Below, piece by piece: positions 18,564 through 30,159 of a DNA stretch of 64,000 nucleotides. The DNA is taken from NCBI GenBank assembly GCA_963819905.1, contig CAWFXP010000001.1, positions 146,426 to 210,425 of the forward strand. Reading direction: 5' to 3'. The notes under the pieces are model-generated. The model was given only the letters and a program-made list of their open reading frames with translations, was not told where the DNA came from and did no database searches. Origin of the DNA: an uncultured Thermoleophilia bacterium (GTDB lineage: Bacteria; Actinomycetota; Thermoleophilia; Gaiellales; Gaiellaceae). The position numbers and the translations under genes were made by a program. Numbering within the stretch: position 1 is the stretch's first letter; each line of letters begins with the position of its first letter.

Positions 18564-20783
18564 GTGGAGGATTCCGCGACCGGAGGTGAGGAGACGGCCA
18601 TCGGCCGGTGGACGCGGGCGATGATCCGCTGGCGCTGGCTCGTCGTCGCCGTCTGGGTCGTGATCCTCGCCGGGTCGGTGGCCGCGACGCGCGACCTCGG
18701 CGACCTGCTCACCAACCGGTTCCAGCTCCCCGGAACCGACACGAGGCGGGCCGAGCAGATTCTCGAGAATCGCTTCGGCCAGCGCTCGAGCGGCTCGTTC
18801 ACGATCGTCGCGGTCTCGGAGTCGGGAGACGTCGCCGCTGCGCTCCCCGCCCTCGACGAGGCCGCCGCGCGCGCCGCCCGGACGGTGCCGACGGGCACGT
18901 ACGTCGGTGCGGTGCCGGTGTCGCCGGAGATCGCGACCGCCACCGTCGTCTCGAAGCTCGAGCCGGCGGATGCGAAGGGCTACGTCGCCGGGCTCCGTGA
19001 GGCGCTCGGCCGGGTCCCGGGGGTGACGCTCGCCGTCACGGGGCAGGCGGCGATCGAACACGACCTCGAGCCGATCCAGGACGAGGACCTGCAGCGAGGC
19101 GAGCTGTTCGTCGCGGTTCCGCTCGCGCTCCTGATCCTCGTCTTCGTCTTCGGGACGCTCGCCTTCCTGATCCCGTTCGTATTCGCGCTGACTGCAATTC
19201 CGACGACGCTCGGGGTGGTCTGGATCTTCGCCAACACGATGGAGCTCTCGACGTACGTCACCCAGCTCGTGTCGCTGATCGGGCTCGGTATCGCGATCGA
19301 CTACTCGCTCCTCATGGTCTATCGCTATCGCGAGGAGCGGCGTGCCGGGAGGGATAAGACCGAGGCCGTCGTCACCACGATGGAGACCGCAGGGCGAGCC
19401 GTCGTCTTCAGCGGCACCGCGGTGGCAATCGGGCTCGCGCTCCTGCTCGCGATGCCACTCCCGTTCATCCGGGGCTTCGGCGTCGCCGGTCTCACCATTC
19501 CGATCGTGTCGGTCATCTGCGCCGTCACGCTCCTGCCGGTGCTTCTCTACCTCACGGCGGACGCCCTCGACCGGGTGCGTCTCGTGCCACGGCGGCTGCT
19601 GGAGCGGCGTGCGGACACCGACCAGGGATTCTGGATGCGGCTCGCCCACGCGATCATGCGTCATCCGGCCCGCTTCGCCACCATCGCCGTCGCGCTGCTC
19701 CTCGCGATGGCGATCCCCGCCTTCTGGATCGAGGTCGGGCCGGGGACGAACCAGGGGATCCCGCAGGACCTCGAATCGACCCGGGCGCTCACCATCCTCG
19801 GCGAGGCTGCGGGAGACGGGGCCACGGCGCCGACCGAGATCGTCATCGACACGGGGCGTCCGGGCGGCGCGTCGCAGCCCGCCGTCACCGCGGCCGTCGA
19901 GCGCCTTCGGGAGGGGCTCGAGGCCGACCCGGAGACCGCGGCGGTCGTCGTCGGCCAGGGGAGCCAGCACGTCGATCCGACCGGTCGCTACCTCCGGCTC
20001 CAGTCGATCGGCGAGAGCGAGTACGGAACCCCGGGGGCGATGGACTTCGTCGAGCGCGTTCGGAGCGAGATCGTCCCGGCGGCCGGCTTCCCCGAGGAGG
20101 TCAGCGTGTTCGCGGGCGGCGGACCGCCCTCGAGTGTCGACTTCCTCGATCTCGTCTACGGCACCTTCCCGTGGCTCGTGCTCGCGGTGCTCGCGCTGAC
20201 CTACGTCCTGCTCCTGCGAGCGTTTCGCTCACTCGTCCTCCCGCTCAAGGCGATCGTCCTCAACCTGCTCTCGATCGGTGCCGCCTACGGTCTCCTCGTC
20301 GTCTTCTTCAAGTGGGGGGCGGGGGAGCCGTTCGGGCTCCAGAGCTACGACCAGATCGAGGGCTGGATCCCGGTCTTCCTGTTCGCGATGCTGTTCGGCC
20401 TCTCGATGGACTACGAGGTGTTCCTCGTCAGCCGCATGCGCGAGGAACGGGACGCGGGTGCGCCGAACGAGCGGGCGGTCGCGGTCGGCCTGGCGAAGAC
20501 CGGCCGGATCGTGACCGCCGCCGGTTTGATCATGATCGCGGCCTTCTCGGGCTTCATGATCGGGCGCATCCTTGGTCTGCAGCAGTTCGGCTTCGGCCTG
20601 GCCGTCGCGATCGCGGTGGACATCACGATCGTCCGCGCGCTCCTTCTCCCGAGCGCGATGGCGCTGTTCGGGCGCTGGAACTGGTGGTTACCCGGGAAGG
20701 TGGCGCGGGTGGCACGGGTCGAGCCCTCGCCGCTCGCCCAGGAGCCCTCCCGGCCTGCGGTCTCGCCGTCCCGCGCCCGCTAG
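18564..20783 (+). CDS. MMPL-family (RND superfamily) membrane transporter
   Basis: 739 aa with two blocks of about 6 TM segments and the GIAIDYSLLMVYRYREE / GLSMDYEVFLVSRMREE repeats typical of MMPL. Confidence 0.85.
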   Translation: MEDSATGGEETAIGRWTRAMIRWRWLVVAVWVVILAGSVAATRDLGDLLTNRFQLPGTDTRRAEQILENRFGQRSSGSFTIVAVSESGDVAAALPALDEAAARAARTVPTGTYVGAVPVSPEIATATVVSKLEPADAKGYVAGLREALGRVPGVTLAVTGQAAIEHDLEPIQDEDLQRGELFVAVPLALLILVFVFGTLAFLIPFVFALTAIPTTLGVVWIFANTMELSTYVTQLVSLIGLGIAIDYSLLMVYRYREERRAGRDKTEAVVTTMETAGRAVVFSGTAVAIGLALLLAMPLPFIRGFGVAGLTIPIVSVICAVTLLPVLLYLTADALDRVRLVPRRLLERRADTDQGFWMRLAHAIMRHPARFATIAVALLLAMAIPAFWIEVGPGTNQGIPQDLESTRALTILGEAAGDGATAPTEIVIDTGRPGGASQPAVTAAVERLREGLEADPETAAVVVGQGSQHVDPTGRYLRLQSIGESEYGTPGAMDFVERVRSEIVPAAGFPEEVSVFAGGGPPSSVDFLDLVYGTFPWLVLAVLALTYVLLLRAFRSLVLPLKAIVLNLLSIGAAYGLLVVFFKWGAGEPFGLQSYDQIEGWIPVFLFAMLFGLSMDYEVFLVSRMREERDAGAPNERAVAVGLAKTGRIVTAAGLIMIAAFSGFMIGRILGLQQFGFGLAVAIAVDITIVRALLLPSAMALFGRWNWWLPGKVARVARVEPSPLAQEPSRPAVSPSRAR

Positions 20784-20805
20784 CGTCTCCGGCTCTCGGC
20801 GCGGG

Positions 20806-21225
20806 TCAGCCGCTCGTCGAGCGTACGACGTAGGCGGAGACGTCGAGGATCTGCGTCTCGCTCAGCTGATCCTGGAACGCCGGCATCCCGCCGCCGCCGT
20901 TCGTCACCTGCTCGACGGTCGCTTCGAAGTCCGGCTGGAGGTCGTCGAGGTTCGGCCCGACGCTCCCCTCCGATCCGGCGGCGGCCAGGACGTGGCAGCC
21001 GCCACATCCGCCCGACTCCCACACCGCCGCGCCCGCCTCGGCGTCGCCGGTTGCCCCTTCGCCGCCGCCCGTCGTGGCCGACGTCTCGGCGGTCGTCGCC
21101 TCGGTGGCGGTCGTCGCCTCCGTCGCCTCGCCGCCGCCGTCGCCACCGCCGCCGCAGGCCGCGGCGGCCGGGACGAGCAGCGCGAGAAGCGCCAGCAGCA
21201 CGAGCCTACGCCTCGGGGAGAACAT
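20806..21225 (-). CDS. Class I c-type cytochrome, lipoprotein
   Basis: Lipobox LVPAAAAC, a low-complexity G/T/E/A linker, CGGCH heme motif and a distal Met (GGMPAF). Confidence 0.75.
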   Translation of the reverse strand: MFSPRRRLVLLALLALLVPAAAACGGGGDGGGEATEATTATEATTAETSATTGGGEGATGDAEAGAAVWESGGCGGCHVLAAAGSEGSVGPNLDDLQPDFEATVEQVTNGGGGMPAFQDQLSETQILDVSAYVVRSTSG

Positions 21226-21335
21226 CGTGGCGCGAAGCTTCTCACATCGCCGGGACGGATGCCTCCGAATCCGACTCGCGGGGCCGGGTTCGTGCGCCAT
21301 GAGCGTGGGGTACCCTCGTAGAGGAGCGAGGAAAC

Positions 21336-21932
21336 GTGGACGCGAGGACGATCGACGAGCTGGGAGTCGGGCTTCGCAGCCGCCGCCGGCGGGCGATCGA
21401 GAGCCTGGGCCTCGCCGGCGCGACCGTCGCGCTCGCAGCCGCCGTCTGGAGCGTGTCGACCCCACTCGCGATCGCGCTCGCGGCCGGCGCCGTGGTCGAG
21501 ATCGTTCTCTTTCTCGCAGCGTTCGTCGGGCGGCGGACGCTGATCGAGCAGCTGGCGCTCGATCCCTCTGCCTACGCGCTACCCGAGGTCGAGGCGTTCG
21601 GCTCGCGGCTCGTGGAGCCGAAGGCTCGTGCCCGGCTCGCCGCGAGCATCCGCTCCATGCTCGACGACAACGCGAAGTCGGAGGGACGCCGGGTCGTCGC
21701 CGCGGTCTACTACCTCCGCGGGCGCGTCGCCCGGTACTCCCGCGAGCTCGAAGCGATCGCGGCGGCGCTCCTCTCGCCGGCGGTCAGGGTGCAGCCCGTG
21801 AGCGCCGCCCGCTGTCGCTGGCTCCTCACCCAGGCCGCCGAGAGCCCGCTCTACAACCCCCGCATCCCCGCCGAGGATCTCGGCGTGGCGCTCCGGCGGA
21901 TCTCGGACGGCCTGCAGCCGGCAGCGCAGTAG
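21336..21932 (+). CDS. Hypothetical membrane protein
   Basis: ORF with two predicted TM helices near the N-terminus; no recognisable family. Confidence 0.4.
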   Translation: MDARTIDELGVGLRSRRRRAIESLGLAGATVALAAAVWSVSTPLAIALAAGAVVEIVLFLAAFVGRRTLIEQLALDPSAYALPEVEAFGSRLVEPKARARLAASIRSMLDDNAKSEGRRVVAAVYYLRGRVARYSRELEAIAAALLSPAVRVQPVSAARCRWLLTQAAESPLYNPRIPAEDLGVALRRISDGLQPAAQ

Positions 21933-21956
21933 GCAGAGCCGCCGCGGCAGCCCGCC

Positions 21957-22466
21957 TCAGGTGCGCCGCACCAGCTCGTCGAGCGGGCGGCGGTTCGCGG
22001 CCGCGCTCCACTCCTCGACGGTGCGAGCCTCGACGACGGGCTCCCGCTTCGGATGGCCGAACGTGAGCACGATCTGCAGCCGCTCCTCCTCGCCGAGGCC
22101 GAGGACGGCGGCCGCGCCGTCGTGGTCGGCAACGCCGTTCGGCGTCGAGGCGAGGCCCGCGTTCCATGCTGCCAGCAGCATGTTCTGCGACGCGCGGCCG
22201 CAATCGAACGCCACCGGCCCCTTGCCCTGCCCGACCACCGCGACGACGAGCGCGGCTCCCCGCACGTTGTCGGGGACGTAGACGGTCTCCGCGAGCTGAT
22301 CCCGGACTGACCCCTCGACGAGGACGAACTGCCAGGGCTGGCGGTTGCGCGCGCTTCCCGAGAGGCGACCGGCGTCCAGGATCCGCTGGACGAGCGCCGG
22401 CTCGATCCCGCGCTCGGCATAGCGCCTGCGGTCGCGCCGGCTCGCGATTGCGAGCGAGACGTCCAC
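21957..22466 (-). CDS. Nitroreductase-family protein (start uncertain)
   Basis: RRDRRRY...SARNRQPWQFVLV...MLLAAWNAGL pattern. Confidence 0.7.
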   Translation of the reverse strand: MDVSLAIASRRDRRRYAERGIEPALVQRILDAGRLSGSARNRQPWQFVLVEGSVRDQLAETVYVPDNVRGAALVVAVVGQGKGPVAFDCGRASQNMLLAAWNAGLASTPNGVADHDGAAAVLGLGEEERLQIVLTFGHPKREPVVEARTVEEWSAAANRRPLDELVRRT

Positions 22467-22557
22467 GGTGGGAGGGTAGCGGCGATGGAGCCGGTCCGAC
22501 GAGAATCGGCACAAAGGCGACACCCCTCCGCGTGGCCTCGCGGCCTACCGTCGAACC

Positions 22558-24018
22558 ATGCTGGCCAGGGCGCTCACGCACACGCTCGTGGGCCTCGACG
22601 CGCGACCGGTCGAGGTCGAGGCGCATCTCCAGCTCGGGGTGCCTGCCTTCGCGATCGTGGGCCTGCCGGACAAGGCGTGCCAGGAGGCGAAGGAGCGCGT
22701 CCGGAGCGGCATTGCGAACGCCGAGCTCGAGTGGCCGCTTCGCCGCATCACCGTCAACCTCGCGCCGGCCGATCTGCGCAAAGAGGGCTCGGGCTTCGAC
22801 CTCCCGATCGCTCTTGCGGTGCTCGCGGCATCCAGGCAGCTCTCGGCGGAGCGTCTCGAAGCACACGCGGCGCTCGGCGAGCTCGCGCTCGACGGACGGC
22901 TGCGCCCGGTGCCCGGCGCGCTCGCGTGCGCGGAGGCGGCGCGCCGGGCGGGGATCGACCGCGTTCTCTGCGCCGCCGAGTCCGCGGCCGAGGTTTCCCT
23001 GGCCGGGGTCGAGCCGGTGCCCCTGCGTCACCTGGCCGAGGTCGGACCCTACTTCCGCGGCGAGCAGGAGCCCACGTATCGGCCGGTCGTCCAGCGCGGG
23101 GTCGCGCCGACGCATCCGGACCTGGCCGACGTCCGCGGGCAGGACCGGGCGAGGAGGGCGCTCGAGATCGCCGCGGCCGGCCGCCACAACCTCCTGCTCG
23201 CCGGGCCGCCGGGGACGGGCAAGACCATGCTCGCCAGGCGGCTCGCCGGCATCCTGCCGCGACTGACGTTCGAGGAGGCGCTCGAGGTCACGAGGATCCA
23301 CTCGGTTGCCGGGCTCCTACCGCGCGGGCGCCCGCTGCTCGAGCAGCCGCCGTTCCGTGCGCCGCACCACACCGCCTCGGCTGCGGCCGTGGTCGGCGGC
23401 GGCCACGGGCCGACGCCGGGGGAGGCGAGCCTCGCACACCACGGGATCCTGCTGCTCGACGAGCTGGCGGAGTTCCACCGGCCGGTGCTCGAGGCGCTTC
23501 GCCAGCCCGTCGAGGACGGCGTCGTGGCCATCGCGCGGGTTACCGGCCGGGCGCTCTTCCCGGCTCGCTTCACCCTGGTCGCGACGATGAACCTCTGTCC
23601 GTGCGGCGCCCGTGGCGATCCCGGAGTCGAGTGCTCGTGCACGCCGCAACGAATCGCCGCCTACCACGCGAAGCTCTCGCGGGCGCTTCTCGATCGGATC
23701 GACCTCGTGCTCCTCGTTCCCCGAGCGCGGGCGCGTGAGCTGTCCGCTGGAGCCGGTGAGGCGAGCGCGGCCGTCGCGATGCGGGTCGCCGCTGCCCGGT
23801 CGCGGCTGGCGGAGCGTGCTCCCACGCTCGATCAGGCCGCCTCGGCTCTCCTCGATCGAGCAGTCGACCGCGTGCCGCTCTCGGGTCGCGGCCGGGCCCG
23901 TGTGATCCGTGTCGCCCGCACGGTCGCCGCACTGGCCGGCTCGGAGGCGGTCGCCGCCGAGCACGTGGCCGAGACGCTCTCGTATCGGGCTCCGCGCGAG
24001 CTCGCGGGCGCGGCATGA
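22558..24018 (+). CDS. comM: Mg-chelatase-like AAA+ protein YifB/ComM
   Basis: The N-terminal Lon-like domain carries GSGFDLPIALAVL. Walker A is GPPGTGKTM, Walker B LLLDELAEF. A Zn-ribbon CPCG is present. Confidence 0.9.
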   Translation: MLARALTHTLVGLDARPVEVEAHLQLGVPAFAIVGLPDKACQEAKERVRSGIANAELEWPLRRITVNLAPADLRKEGSGFDLPIALAVLAASRQLSAERLEAHAALGELALDGRLRPVPGALACAEAARRAGIDRVLCAAESAAEVSLAGVEPVPLRHLAEVGPYFRGEQEPTYRPVVQRGVAPTHPDLADVRGQDRARRALEIAAAGRHNLLLAGPPGTGKTMLARRLAGILPRLTFEEALEVTRIHSVAGLLPRGRPLLEQPPFRAPHHTASAAAVVGGGHGPTPGEASLAHHGILLLDELAEFHRPVLEALRQPVEDGVVAIARVTGRALFPARFTLVATMNLCPCGARGDPGVECSCTPQRIAAYHAKLSRALLDRIDLVLLVPRARARELSAGAGEASAAVAMRVAAARSRLAERAPTLDQAASALLDRAVDRVPLSGRGRARVIRVARTVAALAGSEAVAAEHVAETLSYRAPRELAGAA

Positions 24019-24869
24019 GAGCGAGCCCGGCAGTCGTCGCCCGGTCGGATGGGGCCTACCCGGCTCTCCTCGCCGCGATCTACGATCCACCGCCGCGCCT
24101 CTACCTGCGCGGATCCCGGCCGGATCTGCTGCACGGGCCGTGCGTGGCGCTCGTCGGCGCACGCTCGTGCAGCTCCTACGGGCGGCAGGTCGCGCGTTGG
24201 CTCGGTCGCGAGCTCGCCGCGGCGGGGGCAGTGGTCGTGAGCGGCCTCGCGCGCGGGGTGGACGGGGAGGCGCATCGCGGCGCGCTGGAGGCGGGTGGGT
24301 CGACGATCGCCGTCCTCGGGTGCGGGATCGATCGCGACTACCCGCGTGCCCACGCCGAGCTCGCGCGGAGAATCGCGGCGGAGGGGTTGATCGTCTCGGA
24401 GTACCCCCCGGGCACGGAGCCGGCCCCGTGGCGCTTTCCCGCCCGCAACCGCATCGTCGCCGGGCTGTGCCTCGCGGTCGCCGTGATCGAGGCGAGGGAG
24501 AGATCGGGCGCGCTCATCACGGCCGACTTCGCGCTCGAGGAGGGGCGCGAGGTGCTGGCGGTGCCCGGCGAGGTGACGAGCGCCCTGTCAGCCGGCTCGA
24601 ACGCCCTCCTCAAGCACGGCGCGGCGCCGCTGACGAGGCCCGACGACGTGCTCTCGGCCCTCGGGCTCGAGGGCGCGCCCTCCGTGCCGGGCCCGCCCGC
24701 AGGAACGCCGGGTGCCGTTCTCGGCGCGCTTCGCGACGGTGCAGCCGGTGTCGACGAGATTGCGACGGCAACGGGGATCGTCGCGGCAGAGGTCGCGGCC
24801 GCGCTCTCGCAGCTCGAGCTCGACGGGCTGGCGCAGGTAGCCGACGGGATCTACCGGGCGACGGCGTGA
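24015..24869 (+). CDS. dprA: DNA processing protein DprA (Smf)
   Basis: VALVGARSCSSYG...SGLARGVDGEAHRGAL...VLGCGID..YP...FPARNRI; ATGA overlap with comM. Confidence 0.85.
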   Translation: MRASPAVVARSDGAYPALLAAIYDPPPRLYLRGSRPDLLHGPCVALVGARSCSSYGRQVARWLGRELAAAGAVVVSGLARGVDGEAHRGALEAGGSTIAVLGCGIDRDYPRAHAELARRIAAEGLIVSEYPPGTEPAPWRFPARNRIVAGLCLAVAVIEARERSGALITADFALEEGREVLAVPGEVTSALSAGSNALLKHGAAPLTRPDDVLSALGLEGAPSVPGPPAGTPGAVLGALRDGAAGVDEIATATGIVAAEVAAALSQLELDGLAQVADGIYRATA

Positions 24870-24878
24870 CAGTCCCGA

Positions 24879-25535
24879 TCACGTCAGGGTGCGCGCTCCG
24901 GCGACCACGAACCATGCTCCGAAGCCGGCGATCACGATCGCCGCCACGGTCGAGACCCAACGCAGGAGGCGCTCGGTGACGTAGCGGCCGGCGTAGGCGC
25001 TTCCTGCTGAGACGATGGTGAACCAGGTCAGGGTGCCGGCGCCGACTCCCGCCGGGAGGAGCACGAGCGTCTCGACTCGCGTCGGGTCGAGCCGCGAGAC
25101 GACGCCGGCGAAGACGGCGGCCCACGAGAGGATCGTGAGCGGGTTCGCGAGCGTCGCTCCGACCGAGAGCACGAAGGTGCCGGAGAATCGCGACACCGCG
25201 AACCGGGCGGGCCGCCCTCCGCCGGCGAGCGCTGCCGCGCCGCCCGCAGGGCTCGGACGGTTCCGACCGACGGCGCCCATCCGCCAGGCGACGACGATGA
25301 GCGCGACCCCGCCGACCACTTCGAGCCAGCCTCGGGCCGAGCCGGTGAAGAGCGCGGCCGCGCCGATCCCGGCGATGAGCGCGTAGAACGCGTCGACGAC
25401 CGCCGCGCCGAGCCCGACCCCGAAGGCGGGCCAGAAGCCGTAGCGGAGCCCGGAGCTGAGGCAGAAGACGTTGATCGGCCCGAACCCGGCTGCCACGGCG
25501 AACCCGAGACCGAACCCGGCGAGGAGGGCGCCCAC
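24879..25535 (-). CDS. LysE/RhtB-family amino-acid exporter
   Basis: About 6 TM segments; GPINVF N-terminal motif; typical size. Confidence 0.75.
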   Translation of the reverse strand: MGALLAGFGLGFAVAAGFGPINVFCLSSGLRYGFWPAFGVGLGAAVVDAFYALIAGIGAAALFTGSARGWLEVVGGVALIVVAWRMGAVGRNRPSPAGGAAALAGGGRPARFAVSRFSGTFVLSVGATLANPLTILSWAAVFAGVVSRLDPTRVETLVLLPAGVGAGTLTWFTIVSAGSAYAGRYVTERLLRWVSTVAAIVIAGFGAWFVVAGARTLT

Positions 25536-25612
25536 GACGCCACGCTACGGGACGGATAGGATGACCGCTCGACGGACGCAAATCACGGCCAACGCGGAGA
25601 AAAGGAGGCCGG

Positions 25613-25960
25613 ATGGGACTCATGGACAAGCTGAAGGCCGGCGCCGAGCAGGCGAAGGACCTGGCCGGTGAAGCGGCCGCGAGGGCAAAGGACGAAGCGC
25701 GTGACCTTCAGACCAAACGGGAGCTCGGGCAGGCATACGACGAGCTCGGGAAGACCGTGTTCGATCTCAGCGAGAAGGGCGAGCTCACGCACGCGAGTCT
25801 CGAGCCGCACGTAGCCAAGATCCGCGGGCTGAAGGAACAGCTCGCGCAGCGAGCTGCGAGTGCCGAGCAGGAGGCGGCTGCCTCCGAGACTCCACCGGCG
25901 GCGGAAGCCGAGGGCGCCGCGCCCGCCGGGGACGACGGGGCGGAAAAGCCCTCCTCCTGA
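25613..25960 (+). CDS. Small charged coiled-coil protein, unknown function
   Basis: ORF with an AGGAGG-like site upstream; A/E/K-rich with a low-complexity tail. Confidence 0.45.
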   Translation: MGLMDKLKAGAEQAKDLAGEAAARAKDEARDLQTKRELGQAYDELGKTVFDLSEKGELTHASLEPHVAKIRGLKEQLAQRAASAEQEAAASETPPAAEAEGAAPAGDDGAEKPSS

Positions 25961-26062
25961 CCGTCTCGCCACGGTAGCGCGCCGCCGGAAGGCTCGTCTG
26001 GCGCGCCGTCGAAACTGCTAGGGTCGAAGTCGGACCTTCGGATCCCGGGAAACGCCAGGCAC

Positions 26063-27899
26063 GTGGCAAAAACAGTCGAGGAACGCGATCGGGTCGTCGT
26101 CAGGTTCGCCGGCGACTCGGGCGACGGAATGCAGGTTGCCGGCGACCGCTTCACGAACGCGACCGCCGTCCTCGGCAACGATCTGGCGACGCTTCCCGAC
26201 TTCCCGGCCGAGATCCGCGCCCCGCGCGGCACGCTGCACGGCGTGTCGGCGTTCCAGATCCAGTTCGCGTCGCGCGACATCCTGACCCCCGGCGACGCGC
26301 CGAACGTTCTCGTCGTCATGAATCCGGCTGCCCTGCGCACGAACCTGTCGACCCTGGTCAAGGGTGGAACGATCGTCGCGAACGAGGACGAGTTCACGGC
26401 ACGGAACCTCGAGAAGGCGGGGTACGGCGCGAACCCGCTCGACGACGGCACGCTCTCCGGCTACCAGGTGTTTCGCGTGCCGATGGAGTCCCTCACCCTG
26501 CGCGCGACGGAGTCGATCGAAGGGTTGACGAGCCGGGAGGCCCAGCGGGCGAAGAACTTCTTCGCGCTCGGGCTGGTGTCGTGGATGTACGGACGCCCGA
26601 CCGGCGTCACCGAGGAGTGGATCGGGACGAAGTTCTCGTCACGGCCGGAGATCCGTGACGCGAACCTCGCCGCCTTCCGGGCCGGCTGGAACTTCGGCGA
26701 GACGACCGAGGTCTTCGCGACGCAGTACGAGGTCAAGCGTGCCCCTGCCGAGCCGGGCGTCTACCGGAACGTCTCGGGCGCGGCGGCGCTCGCCTGGGGG
26801 CTGATCGCAGCGAGCGTTCGCAGCGGTCTGCCGCTCTTCTACGCGAGCTACCCGATCACACCCGCGTCCGAGCTTCTCCACGAGCTCTCCCGCCACAAGA
26901 ACTTCGGGGTGCGGACGATCCAGGCGGAGGACGAGATCGCCGCTGCGAACCTCGCGCTGGGCGCTGCCTTCGGCGGCCACCTCGGCGTGACCGGCACGAG
27001 CGGACCGGGGATGGACCTAAAGGCCGAGACGATCGGCCTGGCCGTCATGCTCGAGCTGCCGATGGTGATCGTCGACGTCCAGCGGTCGGGCCCCTCGACC
27101 GGGATGCCGACGAAGAACGAGGCGGCCGACCTGCTGATGGCGCTGCACGGCCGGCACGGCGAGTCCCCCATTCCGATCGTCGCTCCGTTCACCCCCGCCC
27201 AGTGCTTCGACGCTGCGATCGACGCATGCCGGATCGCGATCACGTACCGCACGCCGGTGATCCTCCTGTCGGACACGTTCCTCGGCAACTCCTCCGAGCC
27301 GTGGCAGATCCCCCGATGTCTCGTCCCTCCCGACCATCGACCCCGCCTTCGCGGCAGAGCCGAACTCGGCCGAGGGGTTCCTCCCGTACCTGCGCGACGA
27401 GAACCTGGCGCGGCCTTGGGCCGTTCCAGGCACGCCCGGCCTCGAGCACCGGATCGGCGGGCTCGAGAAGGAGGATCGCACCGGCAACATCTCGTACGAC
27501 CCGGAGAACCACGAGCTCATGACACGCCTGAGGGCCGGGAAGGTCGCGCAGATCGCGCACGACATCCCGCCGCTCGAGGTCGATGATCCGGACGGCGCCG
27601 AGCTGCTCGTCGTCGGCTGGGGCTCGACGTTCGGGCCGATCCAGGCGGCGATCCGCAACGTTCGCGCCCGCGGTGGAAACGTGGCTACGGCCCACCTCGC
27701 GCACCTGAGCCCACTCCCTCGAAACGCCGGCGAGGTGCTCGCCGACTATCCGAGGATCCTCGTGCCCGAACTGAACACCGGCCAGCTCGTGCGCGTCCTG
27801 CGCGCCGAGTATCTCGTCCCCGCAGAGGGGCTCTCGAAGGTCACGGGGCAGCCGTTCCGGACGGTCGAGATCGAGCAGGAGATCGAGCGGAGGCTCTGA
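26063..27899 (+). pseudogene. korA: 2-oxoacid:ferredoxin oxidoreductase alpha subunit, split by +1 in a C5 run at 27310-27314 (possible assembly error)
   Basis: The N-terminal 416 aa are in one frame (FAGDSGDGMQ..., GTSGPGMDLK). The C-terminal part (DVSSLPTIDP...VVGWGST...) is in the next frame and ends 1 nt before korB. Confidence 0.85.
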
Positions 27900-27900
27900 G

Positions 27901-28908
<1,008 letters not shown>

Positions 28909-29238
28909 GCCTCCGGCGAGCGTCCGCAGCCCGCGCGCGATCCAAGCAGGCAGCCGACTTGCCAACCCCAGTCCGCCCCTAGCAGCTTTCGGCCCTCGAC
29001 AGGGGTCAGACCCCGGCCGGGGCCGTGCGAATCCCGGCACAGAATCGCTGCGCAGACGTGCGGAAGCGGCCGGCGATCGACGCAGGGGCTGTCGGAAGAA
29101 AACGATGTTGGGCGCGGACGTTCGCGTTCTCCCTATGGAGCATTCGGCACACTTCTGGCGCAATCGAGGCTCGGGCGTCGGCGTTCGCGGCCTTCGCGAC
29201 CTGTCCGGCTCGGGCGCCGGAAAGCTCTCCAGGATGCT

Positions 29239-30155
29239 TCAGGCGGGGAAGGACGACGGCTCGTCGCAGGCGCGGCGCCAGAGGTCGTCGTCGATGTTGC
29301 GGCCGGTCACGACGAGGACGATCGGCCCCTCGACATCGCTGAGCTCGGCAAGCGCCGCGAGCGCCGCTCCGGGGGCGCCCTCGACGCGGATGCCAGCCCG
29401 CGCGTAGGCACCGACCGCCTCGGCGATTGCCCGCTCGGAGACGAGGACCATCCGCGAGACCACCTCGCCGAGCACCTCGACGGCCAGAGGAACGGCGACC
29501 CGAACCGCGAGGCCGTCAGCGAAGGTGTCGGCGCGGTCGGAGGTCACGATCTCGCCGGCCCGCCAGCACTCGACCATCACCGAGGCTTGCGCCGACTGGA
29601 CTCCGATTCGCTGCGTGGACGGCGCGTGCTCGCAGAGCTCCAGGCCGATGCCGCCGAGGAGCGCGCCGTTGCCGAGCGGGACGACCACCGCTGCGGGCGG
29701 CGCCTCGAGCTGGGCCAGGATCTCGGCTGCGATCGCCCGGTAGGCCTGGAACTGGAGCCACTCGGCGCCGTCCTCGAACAGCGGCAGCCCCTCGTCCGCA
29801 GCAAAGGCGGCCGCCGCGGCCTTGGCCTGGTCGAAGTCCGACCCGGTGAGCCGGATCTCGGCCCCGTGGCGCTCGATCAGCTCGAGCTTGGCCCGAGCCG
29901 CGCCGGGAGGCGCGAACACGATCGCCCGCACGCCGGCCCGGGACGCGGCCCACGCCGTCGCGGCCCCGTGGTTGCCGGTCGACGCGGTGACCACCGCCAC
30001 CGCGCCTGCGTCGCGGTAGGCCTCGATCACGGGCAGCGCGCCGCGCCACTTGAAGGCGCCGAGCTCGTGGACGTCCTCGCGCTTCAGGAACACGTCGCTC
30101 CGGGCGCCTGCGATCTCTGCCAGGGGCCGGCTCGAGCGGCGTGGGCGGTGTCACG
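29239..30155 (-). pseudogene. PLP-dependent enzyme of the threonine dehydratase / Trp-synthase-beta fold, with an apparent frameshift at about 30124-30131
   Basis: GTG 30155 gives VTPPTPLEP in one frame. LAEIAGARSDVFLKREDVHELGAFKWRGA...STGNHG follows in the next frame. Confidence 0.7.
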
Positions 30156-30159
30156 CCGT

